A DNA stretch of 64,000 bases from an uncultured Rhodospirillaceae bacterium (GCA_964390005.1 CAYMGM010000003.1:81758-145757), one strand, 5' to 3'; positions 8,400 to 19,884 are shown, counted from the stretch's first letter. Notes: a model not told the origin generated them from the sequence alone. Made by a program: numbers and translations.

Positions 8400-10508
8400 A
8401 TGGTCTTTCCTATTTTTGCCGATGTGAAGCGGCCCTCTTTTCGTCCTGAAGCCGGGCGAAAGTTTAAGCTTGTCTCGCCTTTTGCGCCTGCAGGCGATCA
8501 ACCGGCGGCGATTGAAGCTTTATGCGCCGGGTTCGGCGCGGGCGAAAAAGACCAAGTTTTGTTGGGGGTAACGGGGTCCGGCAAGACCTTTACGATGGCC
8601 GAGACTATCGCGCGCTTGCAGCGCCCGGCGCTTGTTTTAGCGCCCAACAAAACGCTGGCCGCGCAGCTTTATGGCGAGATGAAAAGCTTTTTCCCGGACA
8701 ATGCCGTGGAATATTTTGTCAGCTATTACGACTATTACCAGCCCGAAGCCTATATTCCTAAAACCGATACGTTTATCGAAAAAGACGCCATGATCAACGA
8801 AGCGATCGACCGCATGCGCCATGGCGCGACGCGATCGCTTTTGGAACGTGATGACGTGATTTTAGTGGCGTCGGTTTCTTGTATCTATGGCATTGGCTCG
8901 GTCGAAACCTATCAGGAAATGGTGCTGACGGTCCGCAAGGGCGAGACGCTTGAGCGGTCCACGCTTCTTGGCGCGTTGGTCGAGCTGCAATATAAACGCA
9001 ACGACATCGGTTTTGGGCGCGGCGATTTTCGCGTGCGCGGCGACGTTATCGAAGTTTTTCCGGCGCACTTGGAAGACAAAGCGTGGCGTATTTCGCTGTT
9101 TGGCGACGAGGTCGAAGAGATTGTCGAAGTTGATCCCTTGACCGGCGAGAAAGGCGCGAAGCTAGAGGCCGCCAAGATTTACGCGAACAGCCACTATGTG
9201 ACGCCAAAGCCGACGCTGACGCAAGCGGTCGAAGCGATCAAGATTGAGCTGAAAGCGCGCTGCGAAGATCTTTTGGCGCAGAATAAGCTGATTGAAGAGC
9301 AGCGCCTGCGCGAGCGCGTGACCTTCGATATCGAGATGATCATGGCCACAGGGGCCTGTTCGGGGATTGAAAATTATTCGCGCTATTTGACGGGCCGCGC
9401 GCCCGGCGAGCCGCCGCCGACGCTTTTTGAATATTTGCCTGAAAACGCGATCTTGTTTGTGGACGAAAGCCACGTGATGGTGCCGCAGTTAAACGCTATG
9501 TATCGCGGCGATTATCAGCGTAAATCGACTTTGGCGACGTATGGGTTTCGTTTGCCTTCCTGTATCGACAACCGCCCGCTGAAGTTTGAGGAATGGGACA
9601 AGATGCGTCCGCAAACGGTCTTTATTTCGGCGACGCCGGGCCCGTGGGAGCTTGAGCAAACAAGCGGCGTTTTTGTCGAACAAGTTGTGCGGCCTACCGG
9701 TCTGACAGACCCCCCTGTGATCATTCGCCCCACCGAAAAACAGGTGGACGATCTGCTGGCCGAAGTGCGCCAAGTGACAGCCAAAGGACTTCGCACGTTG
9801 GTGACGACCCTGACCAAGAAAATGGCCGAAGCCTTGACCGATTACATGACCGAGGCGGGGATCAAGGTCCGCTATATCCATTCGGATGTCGATACGCTGG
9901 AGCGAATCGAGATTATCCGCGATTTGCGGCTGGGCACCTATGACGTTTTGGTCGGCATCAACCTGCTGCGCGAAGGGCTGGATATTCCCGAATGCGGGCT
10001 GGTTGCCATTTTGGATGCGGACAAAGAAGGGTATTTGCGTTCGCGTACCTCGCTGATCCAAACGATAGGCCGCGCGGCGCGCAATGTAGATGGTAAAGCG
10101 ATTTTATATGCCGACCGTATCACGGGCAGCATGCAGGCGGCGCTTGAGGAAACAAGCCGCCGCCGTGCCAAGCAAGAAGCCTATAATCTAGAGCATGGCA
10201 TTACGCCCGAAAGCGTGCGCAAACAGATTGGCGATGTTTTGTCGTCGGTTTATGATCGCGCCGACCATGTGACGGTCGATCTCAGTGATGCGCCTCATTT
10301 GGTTGGTAAAAATCTGCAAAATCACTTACGCGATCTCGAAAAACGGATGAAGGAAGCCGCCGCGGATCTGGATTTCGAAGAAGCCGCGCGCTTGCGCGAT
10401 GAGATCCGGCGACTTGAACGGGATGAATTGGAAATTACAAATAATTCAGATAGTTACGGAAAACCCTCCTCAGGGCGACGCCCGAAAACAAAGCGGCGGT
10501 CCAAATAA
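8400..10508 (+). CDS. uvrB: Excinuclease ABC subunit B
   Basis: [30 protein letters not shown] (Walker A), helicase motifs and a C-terminal UVR domain ([10 protein letters not shown]). ATG 8400 chosen; the TTG at 8376 is also possible. Confidence 0.95.
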   Translation: MVFPIFADVKRPSFRPEAGRKFKLVSPFAPAGDQPAAIEALCAGFGAGEKDQVLLGVTGSGKTFTMAETIARLQRPALVLAPNKTLAAQLYGEMKSFFPDNAVEYFVSYYDYYQPEAYIPKTDTFIEKDAMINEAIDRMRHGATRSLLERDDVILVASVSCIYGIGSVETYQEMVLTVRKGETLERSTLLGALVELQYKRNDIGFGRGDFRVRGDVIEVFPAHLEDKAWRISLFGDEVEEIVEVDPLTGEKGAKLEAAKIYANSHYVTPKPTLTQAVEAIKIELKARCEDLLAQNKLIEEQRLRERVTFDIEMIMATGACSGIENYSRYLTGRAPGEPPPTLFEYLPENAILFVDESHVMVPQLNAMYRGDYQRKSTLATYGFRLPSCIDNRPLKFEEWDKMRPQTVFISATPGPWELEQTSGVFVEQVVRPTGLTDPPVIIRPTEKQVDDLLAEVRQVTAKGLRTLVTTLTKKMAEALTDYMTEAGIKVRYIHSDVDTLERIEIIRDLRLGTYDVLVGINLLREGLDIPECGLVAILDADKEGYLRSRTSLIQTIGRAARNVDGKAILYADRITGSMQAALEETSRRRAKQEAYNLEHGITPESVRKQIGDVLSSVYDRADHVTVDLSDAPHLVGKNLQNHLRDLEKRMKEAAADLDFEEAARLRDEIRRLERDELEITNNSDSYGKPSSGRRPKTKRRSK

Positions 10509-10581
10509 TTTACGCGATTTAAAAGGTTAAGTGTCAGGATCTCCTTCATTCATTAAAGAAATTGAGCGTTTGGAGATCAAC

Positions 10582-11136
10582 ATGGAACCGTCTAGCAAAA
10601 AAGATCAAAACGATCGTTATGTTGTCGCGACACAAGCGATGCAAGACCATCCCAAAGCCCTTTGGGCCAGTCGTTCGGCCGCCGCTTTTGTTGGCGGGGC
10701 GATGGCTGTTGGTTGGGGCGCTTTGCTTTTTGAACCAGCCTTGGGGCTTGCAACCGCGGCGGGCGTCAGTGCGGGCGTGGGGGCCTTGGCTGGTTTTCTA
10801 ACCCATTGGTGTATTGAGAAAATTAATCCTGAGGGCGTGGCGGCCACCGTTTCCCGGTTCAGCAATGATCGCGCCTTTGCTGCCGAGCAGGAAGCGCGCG
10901 TGGTGCAAAAGGAACGGGCCCGTGCCAAAGCGGATCCTGGACGCGGCGCGCGTCTTTTTGAGACGGTCTCCTTTGCTGCTTTGGGGGCTATGGCGTCGGG
11001 TAACCTTTGGGGGGTCTTGGGGGGCGCTGCTGTTGGTTATACGCTGGCGCTTATGCGTGAAAAGGAGCCCGCCGCCCAGCGTCCGGCGCCTGCTGTGGCC
11101 GCAAAGGCGGATTCCCGCGATCCAGCCCCTCACTAA
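10582..11136 (+). CDS. Hypothetical membrane protein (Gly/Ala-rich transmembrane segments)
   Basis: ORF with a GGAG RBS before ATG 10582. Two Gly-zipper-like hydrophobic stretches (FVGGAMAVGWGALLF, GNLWGVLGGAAVGYTLAL). No family recognised. Confidence 0.45.
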   Translation: MEPSSKKDQNDRYVVATQAMQDHPKALWASRSAAAFVGGAMAVGWGALLFEPALGLATAAGVSAGVGALAGFLTHWCIEKINPEGVAATVSRFSNDRAFAAEQEARVVQKERARAKADPGRGARLFETVSFAALGAMASGNLWGVLGGAAVGYTLALMREKEPAAQRPAPAVAAKADSRDPAPH

Positions 11137-11453
11137 CAGGGGATTTTTATAAAGGATCAACGCAATCTTTAACGTTTAGACGGGGGGCTTGTCCGCGCTG
11201 AAGGCGCGTGGATAAGTTTAATTCATTGTTATATATCGCATATATTTCTTTATGAACGCCAAGGGTGCGAAAAGAGCACCTAAAGCCTGTCAATGCTTTC
11301 CGCTTGCATTTTGGAGTCTTTTGCCTCAAAAGAAGGCGACCCGACAGCGGGGAGCCCGATAAGGGGCAAGTCGCGCGTGCCGATAGGGCTCTTAAAAAAG
11401 CTTCGCATCGGGGACGCGCGTTATTTTTCGTTAGATAAGTATGTGAGTTTGCT

Positions 11454-11639
11454 ATGGCTGTTCCGAAAAGAAAAACGTCGAAATCCGTGCGCAACATGCG
11501 TCGTTCGCACCACGCTTTGCAGGGCACCAACACCGTTGAGTGCAAAAACTGCGGCGAACCCAAGCGTCAGCATCATGTTTGCGCCGCTTGCGGTCATTAT
11601 GATGGCCGTGCGGTCGTAAAAGACAAGTCTGCGTCGTAA
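11454..11639 (+). CDS. rpmF: 50S ribosomal protein L32
   Basis: [22 protein letters not shown]... with a CxxC...CxxC zinc ribbon; heads the conserved rpmF-plsX-fabH cluster. Confidence 0.95.
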   Translation: MAVPKRKTSKSVRNMRRSHHALQGTNTVECKNCGEPKRQHHVCAACGHYDGRAVVKDKSAS

Positions 11640-11664
11640 TTAAGGCCTGCGAAGGGCCCGCCCG

Positions 11665-12744
11665 ATGACACAGCGCATTACCATCGCGCTCGATGCAATG
11701 GGCGGTGATAACGCCCCGGACATTGTTGTGTCCGGCGCGGCGATCGCCCGTGAGCGCTATCCCAATCTTTCCTTCCTGTTTTTTGGCGACGAGGCCAAAA
11801 TCGCGCCGCTTATGGCGCAGCATGCCGCGCTGGCCGGATGCAGCGAAATCCGGCACACGCCAGATGCTGTTGCGCCGAATGAAAAACCGTCGCACGCTTT
11901 GCGTCAGGGGCGGCATTCCAGCATGCGGCTTGCCATCAATGCCGTGGCCAAGGGCGAAGCGGCTAGTGTCGTTTCGGCAGGCAATACGGGCGCTTTGATG
12001 GCCATGGCCAAGTTCGTGCTGAAGACCATGCCAGGCATTGATCGCCCCGCTATCGCGACGCTTTTCCCGACAAAGACCAATGAATGCGTCATGCTCGATC
12101 TGGGCGCGAATCTGGAATGCGATGCCGAAAACTTGGTTCAATTTGCGCTGATGGGGGCGATCTTTTCGCATACCGTTTTAGGTATTCCAGCGCCCAGCAT
12201 CGGTCTTTTGAATATCGGCGTCGAAGAAATGAAGGGCCATGACGAAGTGCGTATGGCGGCTTCGATCTTGCGTGAGATGACGCTGCCCGGCGTTTTTAAG
12301 GGCTTTGTCGAAGGCACGGACATTATGGCCGGTACCATCGATGTCGTTGTGACGGACGGTTTTAGCGGCAATATCGCGTTGAAAACAGCCGAAGGCACGG
12401 CCCGGCTGGTTGGCCACTATTTACGCGAATCGTTCAAATCGTCGCTGCTGGCTAAAATCGGCTATCTCTTTGTCCGCGATGCGATGGCCAAACTGCGCAT
12501 GCGTCTGGATCCGCGCCGTCATAATGGGGCGATGTTCCTTGGGCTTCAGGGCGTTTGCGTGAAAAGCCACGGCGGCACCGACGGTTTAGGGTTTGCCAAC
12601 GCGATCGGCGTCGCGCATGATCTGGTTGCGCGTCGTTTCAATGAAAAAATCAAAGCCGAGCTTCTGCATCATTATGGAACGCAGGATGACGACGCTTTGG
12701 ATATGTCTGAAGATCTTGCTCCGGTCTCCAACGAAAAGGAATAA
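11665..12744 (+). CDS. plsX: Phosphate acyltransferase PlsX
   Basis: ITIALDAMGGDNAP..., SAGNTGALMA and DGFSGNIALKTAEG motifs, in conserved position after rpmF. Confidence 0.95.
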   Translation: MTQRITIALDAMGGDNAPDIVVSGAAIARERYPNLSFLFFGDEAKIAPLMAQHAALAGCSEIRHTPDAVAPNEKPSHALRQGRHSSMRLAINAVAKGEAASVVSAGNTGALMAMAKFVLKTMPGIDRPAIATLFPTKTNECVMLDLGANLECDAENLVQFALMGAIFSHTVLGIPAPSIGLLNIGVEEMKGHDEVRMAASILREMTLPGVFKGFVEGTDIMAGTIDVVVTDGFSGNIALKTAEGTARLVGHYLRESFKSSLLAKIGYLFVRDAMAKLRMRLDPRRHNGAMFLGLQGVCVKSHGGTDGLGFANAIGVAHDLVARRFNEKIKAELLHHYGTQDDDALDMSEDLAPVSNEKE

Positions 12745-12747
12745 CGT

Positions 12748-13722
12748 ATGGCCCTTCGTTCCGTGATTAAAGGATGTGGCGGCTATTTGCCTGCGCGCTG
12801 CGTGACGAATGCGGAACTGGCCGAAAAGGTCGAAACGTCGGACGAATGGATCGTTCAGCGCACGGGTATTCGTCAGCGCTATCTTGCCGCCGACGGCGAG
12901 ACAACGTCGGATCTTGCGACAAAAGCGGCGCGGGCCGCGCTTGATCACGCCGGGATTGCGGCCGATGCCGTTGATATGATCGTCGTGGCCACCACGACGC
13001 CCGAGCGCACGTTTCCCGCGACGGCAGCACGTGTGCAGGCCAATCTTGGTATGACGCGCGGGTTTGCTTTTGATGTGCAGGCCGTTTGCTCGGGCTTTAT
13101 CTATGCGCTGACCGTTGCCGATCAGTTTATTCGTAACGGATCTGTGCGCACGGCGCTGGTCATTGGCGCAGAAACGCTGTCGCATCTTTTGGATTGGAAA
13201 GATCGTACGACGTGCGTTTTGTTTGGCGATGGCGCGGGGGCTGTTGTTCTTCAAGCTGCCGAAAGCGCCGGAACGCTGGACGATCAAGGCGTTTTATCGA
13301 CGCATTTGCATTCTGACGGCACGTGTTTTGATTTGTTGACGACCAATGGCGGGCCGGGAAGCACCGGCACCGTGGGGCATATCCAAATGGAAGGGCGCGA
13401 AGTCTTCCGCCATGCCGTTTCGCGTCTTGCCGAAGTCGTCGATGAGGTTTTAGAAGCCAATCATCTGCCTGCCAGCGCGATCGACTGGTTGGTGCCGCAC
13501 CAAGCCAATCAACGTATCATCGACAGCACGGCCAAGAAGCTTGGTTTGCCCGATGACCGCGTCGTCAAAACGATGGACCGTCATGCCAATACGTCGGCGG
13601 CGTCCATTCCTTTGGCTTTGGCCGATGCCGTTCATGCGGGGCGCATTCAACGCGGGCAACTGCTGTTGCTGGAATCCATGGGCGGCGGCTTTACATGGGG
13701 GGCCGCGCTTGTGCGCTGGTAA
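12748..13722 (+). CDS. fabH: Beta-ketoacyl-ACP synthase III
   Basis: [29 protein letters not shown] (active-site Cys), [10 protein letters not shown] and GGGFTWGA. Confidence 0.95.
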   Translation: MALRSVIKGCGGYLPARCVTNAELAEKVETSDEWIVQRTGIRQRYLAADGETTSDLATKAARAALDHAGIAADAVDMIVVATTTPERTFPATAARVQANLGMTRGFAFDVQAVCSGFIYALTVADQFIRNGSVRTALVIGAETLSHLLDWKDRTTCVLFGDGAGAVVLQAAESAGTLDDQGVLSTHLHSDGTCFDLLTTNGGPGSTGTVGHIQMEGREVFRHAVSRLAEVVDEVLEANHLPASAIDWLVPHQANQRIIDSTAKKLGLPDDRVVKTMDRHANTSAASIPLALADAVHAGRIQRGQLLLLESMGGGFTWGAALVRW

Positions 13723-13731
13723 GCGCTTTTG

Positions 13732-14427
13732 ATGTCTTTGCACGATCAAGAGCGGTTCTGGGACAGCGCAGGGACGATCGAATCTTGGATCTTCGATAAT
13801 GATGGCGTGACCTTTTCTGTAACGCCAGAAATCAACGACGATTGTACGCGCGCGACGGCCTTGGCTGCTTGCGATCTTATCCCTGGGCTGTCGTTCGATA
13901 CGGCGCAGGATCTTGCCCGCCAATCTTATCGTCAGCACCATTCTAGTCGCCATGTTTTTGTGACAGACTATGGCGTTTTGGCGCCGCAAATTCATGAAGC
14001 CTATCATCGCCGCTTAAATGTTGCGTTGATCGAGCCCGATTTAACATTGCCTGCTTTACTTGACGCGCTGCCTCAGCCCAAAGCCCTTTTAAGCGAAGGC
14101 AGTTTATTTTGGATGCGCCAAGTCTTGGATCATACGGGGCTGCGGCGTTTTTTTGACGCGCCATCTCTTTTTCCATTCGAGCGGACGGGGTATGTGAAAA
14201 AGGCCGATTCATCTCAGCCTTTCCGCTTTGTTTTGGACGCAATGGGCTTTGCAGCGGCGCGGACTGTTGCGCTTGAAGATTCGCCGCGCAATCTTCTTCA
14301 GGCCAAAGCCTTGGGGCTTACGACGGTTCTCATAACGCGCGGCCAAAAGGTGCCGCGCGAAAAATACCCTTATATTGATTTTTATTGGGATGATTTGTCG
14401 GCGCTGTCGCTTGCGACAAGGACTTGA
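13732..14427 (+). CDS. HAD-superfamily hydrolase (pyrimidine 5'-nucleotidase-like)
   Basis: WIFDNDGVTF (DxDx(T/V) motif I) and ALEDSPRNLLQAKALGLTTVLI (motif III/IV region). Confidence 0.65.
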   Translation: MSLHDQERFWDSAGTIESWIFDNDGVTFSVTPEINDDCTRATALAACDLIPGLSFDTAQDLARQSYRQHHSSRHVFVTDYGVLAPQIHEAYHRRLNVALIEPDLTLPALLDALPQPKALLSEGSLFWMRQVLDHTGLRRFFDAPSLFPFERTGYVKKADSSQPFRFVLDAMGFAAARTVALEDSPRNLLQAKALGLTTVLITRGQKVPREKYPYIDFYWDDLSALSLATRT

Positions 14428-15194
14428 TGCCGCCGAACGGCGCTCAGGCCAAAGACCGACCAGACGCCCCAAGCGATCAGCGAAACAGCGCCAGGCATTT
14501 GCAAAAGAGCGGTCAAGACCATGGCAGGGACCTTGGCGGCAGCGACAAGGCGCAGGGCCGCCGCAAAAGAAAGGCGCAGGAGCATCATGCGCGCGCCAAC
14601 CCAGAAAAGGCAGCCAGCCAGCAAAAAAGTCACCAGAAATTGAACCAGCGTGACGCAGCTAACAGCCGCGAGGACCAAGGGATAGGCCCATGCCACAAAA
14701 AGATGGCCATAGCGGTTCCAATCTTCCTGCGTAATTGTTTGCAGAACTTTTGAATCATAAAGATGGACGGTTGGTTCTTTATCGCTTTCAGCCATCAAAG
14801 CGACTTTGTCGCCCATCGCCCAAACCAAAATATGTCCCGATTTCATTTTGGCCGTTAAGACGCCGATATCGCTTTCTGTTTCTTGGGGGTCGATCAAAAC
14901 GCGGTCGTTGGGGGCAAGGCCGGGGGGCAGCGCTTTGTCAAAGGGGGCTTGGTCATTGGGAAGGCTCAAGCGGCCTTGCTCTAGCTTGACGGCGGGCAGG
15001 GCGTCAAAAAAGTTTAAAAGAGAAGCCTGAACGCCATGCCACGGTTGCCACAGCGGAACGGCGATCATCAAAAGGCCGATGAAGGCGCTTAAAAGAATAT
15101 AACGCAGGCCTATGCCGCGACCGCTTTCAACCCAGTCAGCATAAAAAGCGCGCGATCCAAACGTTTGAGGCAGGCTGCGAAGAAATGAGGTCAT
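14382..15194 (-). CDS. Polytopic membrane protein, possibly DUF1189 family
   Basis: 270-aa ORF with several hydrophobic helices. The N-terminus MTSFLRSLPQTFGSRAFYADWV...GLRYILLSAFIGLL resembles DUF1189 proteins as I remember them. The 3' end overlaps the convergent HAD gene by 46 nt. Confidence 0.55.
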   Translation of the reverse strand: MTSFLRSLPQTFGSRAFYADWVESGRGIGLRYILLSAFIGLLMIAVPLWQPWHGVQASLLNFFDALPAVKLEQGRLSLPNDQAPFDKALPPGLAPNDRVLIDPQETESDIGVLTAKMKSGHILVWAMGDKVALMAESDKEPTVHLYDSKVLQTITQEDWNRYGHLFVAWAYPLVLAAVSCVTLVQFLVTFLLAGCLFWVGARMMLLRLSFAAALRLVAAAKVPAMVLTALLQMPGAVSLIAWGVWSVFGLSAVRRHQVLVASDSADKSSQ

Positions 15195-15226
15195 AAAGGC
15201 ATCCTTAAAGTGAGCGGGGATCGTTA

Positions 15227-16012
15227 TCAGGCAACCTTCGCTGCCGCGGGTGTTGTTGTCAAAGCGGCGGCTTCTTGCGCCTGATAATAGTCAAGCAAGC
15301 GCTGCCGTGCCGGGGGAAAGGGGCTGACGCCCGGCGGTGGCGCGCCATGAAGCGGCGCAAGGACCGAGCGCAAAAGAAAATGCCCCATAAGATTCAAGCC
15401 GTCCAGAATGTCGGCATCTGTCCAATCGGGCGCGCCGCACAAAAAGCGCGGCAAGGGTAGAAGCTTGGCCGCATAGGGCGCGGCCGCACTTTGGCCGACG
15501 GCGCGGCCTGATTTGGGGCTGACATGGGTCAGCGTTTCATCCATGCGCCCCGTTGCGGCGCAGCAAGAAAGGTCAAGCCCATAGCCAACGGCTTTGAGAA
15601 GCTCCATTTCCCATTTGACATAAACGGGGCCGAAAAGGCGCGGGTCGGTCAGCGACAAAAAGGTCAAAAGGCCTGCAAAAGCGCCCGGCATGGGTTGGCG
15701 CTCGGGCAGGCATAAATCGGCCATCGCGGCGGCGCTGGCAATTAAAGCCAAAACCTCGGGCGAGTCCAAGTGGCGGGCCGCATAGCTTGTTTGCGTCTCA
15801 AGCGTAAAGGTTCCCAAATGATCTAAAAGGCGCGCGTGCCAATGGGCGGTGACGTGGGTGCCGGGTTGAAGGCCAGCTTTGTGGCGGGGCGTTTGGCCCC
15901 CGGGGACAAGGCCCGCATGACGGCCATGGGTCGCCGAAAGCAAAGACACGATCGCCGCCGCTTCGCCATGCGGTCGGGCTGAAAGAATAATCGCGTCGTC
16001 GGTCCACTCCAT
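15227..16012 (-). CDS. recO: DNA repair protein RecO
   Basis: MEWTDDAIILSARPHGEAAAIVSLLSATHGRHAGLVPGG closely follows the alphaproteobacterial RecO N-terminal OB-fold pattern. Confidence 0.85.
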   Translation of the reverse strand: MEWTDDAIILSARPHGEAAAIVSLLSATHGRHAGLVPGGQTPRHKAGLQPGTHVTAHWHARLLDHLGTFTLETQTSYAARHLDSPEVLALIASAAAMADLCLPERQPMPGAFAGLLTFLSLTDPRLFGPVYVKWEMELLKAVGYGLDLSCCAATGRMDETLTHVSPKSGRAVGQSAAAPYAAKLLPLPRFLCGAPDWTDADILDGLNLMGHFLLRSVLAPLHGAPPPGVSPFPPARQRLLDYYQAQEAAALTTTPAAAKVA

Positions 16013-16076
16013 GGCTTGGGACTATAGGCTATTTTAGGCGTTTGGGAAAGGATCGGAAACGGCTATAGTGCGGGGC

Positions 16077-17708
16077 ATGAAAATCGCGATTCACTGCAGC
16101 GGCGTTGGCAGCAAGCCCGCCAAAGGCCAGATTTTCGGCGTTCAAGTCGCCGTTGACGACTGGTTGCGCGCTTTTTTCCGCTATGCGGGGCAAGATCTTT
16201 TCCACTTTCTGGTCGGGGACGAGGCTGCGCGCGATCATGTGAAGGGCCTTGCCGCAGAATGTGACATTGATCCTGATCGCCTTCGGATGATCGACGCTCG
16301 GTTTGGGGCTCAGAATCTGGCGGCTTTTGACGTTGTTTTTCGGGTCGATTCCGACCCGCACGATTTTTTCTGGGAACGTGAGTGTTTGGGGCAGGGCGGG
16401 CCCGTTTTTTGCGGCCTTGTTCACGCCATCGGCGGGCGCGAAGGCGGCAATTTGTTGCGCCGCTATATGCTTGAGCCAACCCGGAAAGGCGATGCGCTTG
16501 TTTGTCCGTCAGAAGCCGTGCGTGGTGTCGTTCGGTCGTTTTGGGAGTCGTATGGCACTTATTTAAGCCAGCGTTTTGGCATGGCGGCGCCCGCCTGTCC
16601 TTTGACGCTGGCGCGCGTGCCGTTGGGCGTCGATACCGCCCGCATTCAAACGCACCACCGTGCCGCCTATCGCGCGACGTTGGGACTTGATGACGATACG
16701 ATCGTCGTTTTGTGGGTCGGGCGGCTTAGCTATGCAATCAAGGCGCATCCTTTGCCGATGTTTCAAGCCGTGTCTCAGGCCGCTGCCGCGACCGGGAAAA
16801 AGGTCGCGTTCGTGCTTCAGGGCTATTTTGTGCCCGAAGATACGGCAGGTGATTTTTTAGCGGCGGCAGAGGCTTTTGGTCCGGGCGTGCAGACGATCTT
16901 TGTCGCCAATGACGACCCGCATTTTCCCGATGGTCTTTGGGGCGTGGGCGATATCTTTTTGTCGCTGGTTGATAATCCGCAAGAAAGCTTTGGTTTGACC
17001 CCGATCGAGGCTATTGCCGCCGGGCTGCCGCGCGTTCTCAGCGACTGGGACGGTTATCGTGACAGCGTCACACAGGGCCAGGACGGTTTTCTCATTCGGA
17101 CGCGCCAACCGCCCGCAGGCATGGGGCAGGCTTTGTCCGCGCAGGTTTTGGATGGCCGCGAAACCTATGGCGGCGTCATGGCCAAGATTGCGCAATGCGT
17201 TGCCGTCGATATACCGATGGCAACGCAAGCTTTGACGGCTTTGATGCTCTCGCCCGATTTGCGCGCGCGCCTTGCCGATGCGGCGCGGCAAAGGCTTGCC
17301 GCCTATGATTGGCAAAATGTCATGAAAGGCTATTTAGCGTTATGGGAAAGCTTGCTTGCCGCACGCGATACGCAGGCGATGGCTTGCTTGACCGGCGCTA
17401 TGCCGCCCGAGGTTCCCGATCCTTTTGATATGTTCGCGTCTTATGCAACGCAACCCTTCGCTTTGTCGGATCGTGTGCAGATCTTGCAAAGCGGCGCGGC
17501 GATCAAAGAGCTTTGGCGTCATCCCATGAATGTGATGGCCGTCGATATCCTTTTGCCTGCCCAAGAAATCATGGCGTTGATCAACCGCATTGCCGCCGCC
17601 AAACTGATGACGATCGAAGAGATCCTGGCCCAAAGCCCTTGCGATGTGCCGCGTTTTTGGCGGACCATGGGGTGGTTGGCCAAACTTGGCGTTATCGGCG
17701 TTATTTAA
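16077..17708 (+). CDS. Glycosyltransferase, GT-B fold (group 1 / GT4-like)
   Basis: ESFGLTPIEAIAAGLPRVLSDWDGYRDSV is the classic EX7E region of group 1 glycosyltransferases. ATG 16077 preferred over GTG 16068. Confidence 0.8.
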   Translation: MKIAIHCSGVGSKPAKGQIFGVQVAVDDWLRAFFRYAGQDLFHFLVGDEAARDHVKGLAAECDIDPDRLRMIDARFGAQNLAAFDVVFRVDSDPHDFFWERECLGQGGPVFCGLVHAIGGREGGNLLRRYMLEPTRKGDALVCPSEAVRGVVRSFWESYGTYLSQRFGMAAPACPLTLARVPLGVDTARIQTHHRAAYRATLGLDDDTIVVLWVGRLSYAIKAHPLPMFQAVSQAAAATGKKVAFVLQGYFVPEDTAGDFLAAAEAFGPGVQTIFVANDDPHFPDGLWGVGDIFLSLVDNPQESFGLTPIEAIAAGLPRVLSDWDGYRDSVTQGQDGFLIRTRQPPAGMGQALSAQVLDGRETYGGVMAKIAQCVAVDIPMATQALTALMLSPDLRARLADAARQRLAAYDWQNVMKGYLALWESLLAARDTQAMACLTGAMPPEVPDPFDMFASYATQPFALSDRVQILQSGAAIKELWRHPMNVMAVDILLPAQEIMALINRIAAAKLMTIEEILAQSPCDVPRFWRTMGWLAKLGVIGVI

Positions 17709-19884
17709 CCGTATCTTCTTTAACTGAAGATGGAAACTCGATTGCCGGGCGGTCGTCGGCGATAACGCGCGATGGCGGGAAAGATACAGTGACGCTTGTA
17801 CCTTTGCCCAGTTCGCTGGCGATGGAAAGTTTGCCGCCGTGCAATTCGACCAAAGCTTGCGTCAACGGCAAGCCAAGCCCTGTTCCTTGATATTTGCGGC
17901 TCAGCGCGCTTTCGATTTGCCCAAAGGGCGTCAAGGCCACGGGGATATCTTCAGGGCGCATGCCAATGCCGGTATCAGAGACGGTCATAAGCATATTGCC
18001 TGATTTTTTATCCATGCTGGCGACAAGGCTGACTTTGCCGCCTTCGGGTGTGAACTTGATGGCGTTGGTAAAAAGGTTGGTCAAGATCTGTTTGATCGCG
18101 CGTTCTTCGGCGCGAAGCGACGGGAAACCGCGCGGGACGTCAATCGTCAAATGAACTTTGTTGGCTTTGGCGCGCACTGACACCAACCGCATGATCGACG
18201 AAACGGTTTCTTCGACATCCAAAACCGTTTCGGTAAGCGTGCGCTTCCCGGCTTCGATTTTGGACATATCTAAAATGTCATTGATCAAAGAAAGAAGAAG
18301 ATGACCGCTGTCGAAAATATCGCGCGCATAATCGACATACTGATCTTTGCCGACGGGGCCAAAAAGCTGGTCTTTGATGATTTCGGAAAAACCGATGATG
18401 GCGTTGAGCGGCGTGCGGAGTTCGTGGCTCATGTTAGCCAAAAACTCGGATTTGCTGCGGTTGGCAAAATCGGCTTGTTCTTTGGCGGCAATCAACGCGC
18501 GTTCGGCTTCGCGGCGCTGCGTCACGTCGTAAACCGTGCATTCAAAATGGATGATTTGGTTTTTGGCATTGCGGACGGCGCGACCACCGATGCTAACCCA
18601 AATCTCTTCGCGGTCTTTCGTATAGAAAGCGGCGTCGAGTTCGCGCTGCGCCTCTTTTTGCAATTTTTCGAAAACGCTTTTCCGAACGGCGGGATCGATG
18701 AACAGTTTGCCATGATGATCGGGCTGCGCCAGCAAAAGCTCTTCCGAGCTTGCATACCCAAGAATCTCGGCCATCGTGCGATTGGCATTGAGCCAAGATC
18801 CCGTTGGCGCGATCTGACAGATACCGATAACGGCGTTTTCGAAGATGGCGCGATAACGTTGTTCGTTTTCCTTTAACGCCTCGGCCATGCGCTTTTCAGC
18901 GGACATTTTCTGGCTGAGCTCATCATTGGCGCGCTGAAGGGAAAGCGCCAAGGCGGCGACGGTCCGGCTGCGCGAACGCAGCAGATGAAAATAAAGCATC
19001 AAGGCAAAGGTTAGAAAAAGACCGATCCCAAGCGTGGCAAAAGGAAGCGACGACAGCAGCGTCGTCCGCTCTTTCATTTCGCTGGTGAAGGAGATGTTCC
19101 AGATTTTGTCGTCGAGTTTGATCAAAAAGAAAGACTGCGGCAATTTGAAGAAAGTCGTCGTCTTCTCATAGCTTTCCAGCGATAAAAACGGCGCGGGTTG
19201 TTCGTCGCGCAGCAAGTTTTCACGCTGACTTGATTCGGCGATACGGATGCTTTTCAAGGTTCCTGAAATATAAAGATCGAAAATGCCTTCGAAAAGACGT
19301 GCCATCGGGATAAAGCCGACGATGACGCTGCGGACCATGTTTCTTTCTTGAACCGGGCGGCAAAGAACGATCCATTTGTTCTGATCGTTGAAACGGTCGG
19401 ATAAAACGGCGGAAACCGGCGCATTATGATTGATCGAATCCATGACGACATTCCTGAAATCGACCAGGTCGTCGGTATGAAAGTTGGCGCGTTCGTCTTT
19501 TTCCAGCGACAAAAGGCGCTCTTTGGTTAGGTCGCCCGTTGTTTGAAGGGTCGTCAGGTAGATATAGGATAAGGGGCTTTTTTCATGCGTCGCGATGGAT
19601 TGAAACTTGTCCAAGGCCTCGGGCGTTGTGCGGGCGACAACGGCATACCAACTGGCCATGGTGTCGAGCAGGTATTGGTCCTGCGTCAGATGTCGTTGAA
19701 GTTGAGAAAAACTTTGCGAGACCGTTTGATTGGCTTGATCGTTAAAAAACCGATCAACTTCGGTTCGCACCAGATAAAAGACGCCGCAGGTCAGCAGAAT
19801 CCCAAGAATCGCGACGACCCCAAGGAAGCTGCGCCAGGCACCGGAAAAGTGCGGTATAGGAAAGCTGTTCTGTTTATTTTCCAT
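17701..19884 (-). CDS. Sensor histidine kinase (2 TM plus periplasmic domain, PAS, HisKA, HATPase_c)
   Basis: SHELRTPLNAIIGFSE (H box), NAIKFT (N box), DTGIGM and GTGLGL (G boxes), a PAS-like region (YRAIFENAVIGICQ) and an N-terminal TM pair flanking about 250 aa. Confidence 0.9.
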   Translation of the reverse strand: MENKQNSFPIPHFSGAWRSFLGVVAILGILLTCGVFYLVRTEVDRFFNDQANQTVSQSFSQLQRHLTQDQYLLDTMASWYAVVARTTPEALDKFQSIATHEKSPLSYIYLTTLQTTGDLTKERLLSLEKDERANFHTDDLVDFRNVVMDSINHNAPVSAVLSDRFNDQNKWIVLCRPVQERNMVRSVIVGFIPMARLFEGIFDLYISGTLKSIRIAESSQRENLLRDEQPAPFLSLESYEKTTTFFKLPQSFFLIKLDDKIWNISFTSEMKERTTLLSSLPFATLGIGLFLTFALMLYFHLLRSRSRTVAALALSLQRANDELSQKMSAEKRMAEALKENEQRYRAIFENAVIGICQIAPTGSWLNANRTMAEILGYASSEELLLAQPDHHGKLFIDPAVRKSVFEKLQKEAQRELDAAFYTKDREEIWVSIGGRAVRNAKNQIIHFECTVYDVTQRREAERALIAAKEQADFANRSKSEFLANMSHELRTPLNAIIGFSEIIKDQLFGPVGKDQYVDYARDIFDSGHLLLSLINDILDMSKIEAGKRTLTETVLDVEETVSSIMRLVSVRAKANKVHLTIDVPRGFPSLRAEERAIKQILTNLFTNAIKFTPEGGKVSLVASMDKKSGNMLMTVSDTGIGMRPEDIPVALTPFGQIESALSRKYQGTGLGLPLTQALVELHGGKLSIASELGKGTSVTVSFPPSRVIADDRPAIEFPSSVKEDTVK

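Noticed and set aside
9489-10061. 190-aa minus-strand ORF inside uvrB
   Set aside because: Antisense to the highly conserved uvrB frame; low-complexity Arg/Gln-rich translation.
11452-13287. Minus-strand ORFs 11452..12171 (239 aa) and 12586..13287 (233 aa)
   Set aside because: Antisense to rpmF/plsX and plsX/fabH, whose frames carry clear family motifs. Arg-rich shadow ORFs.
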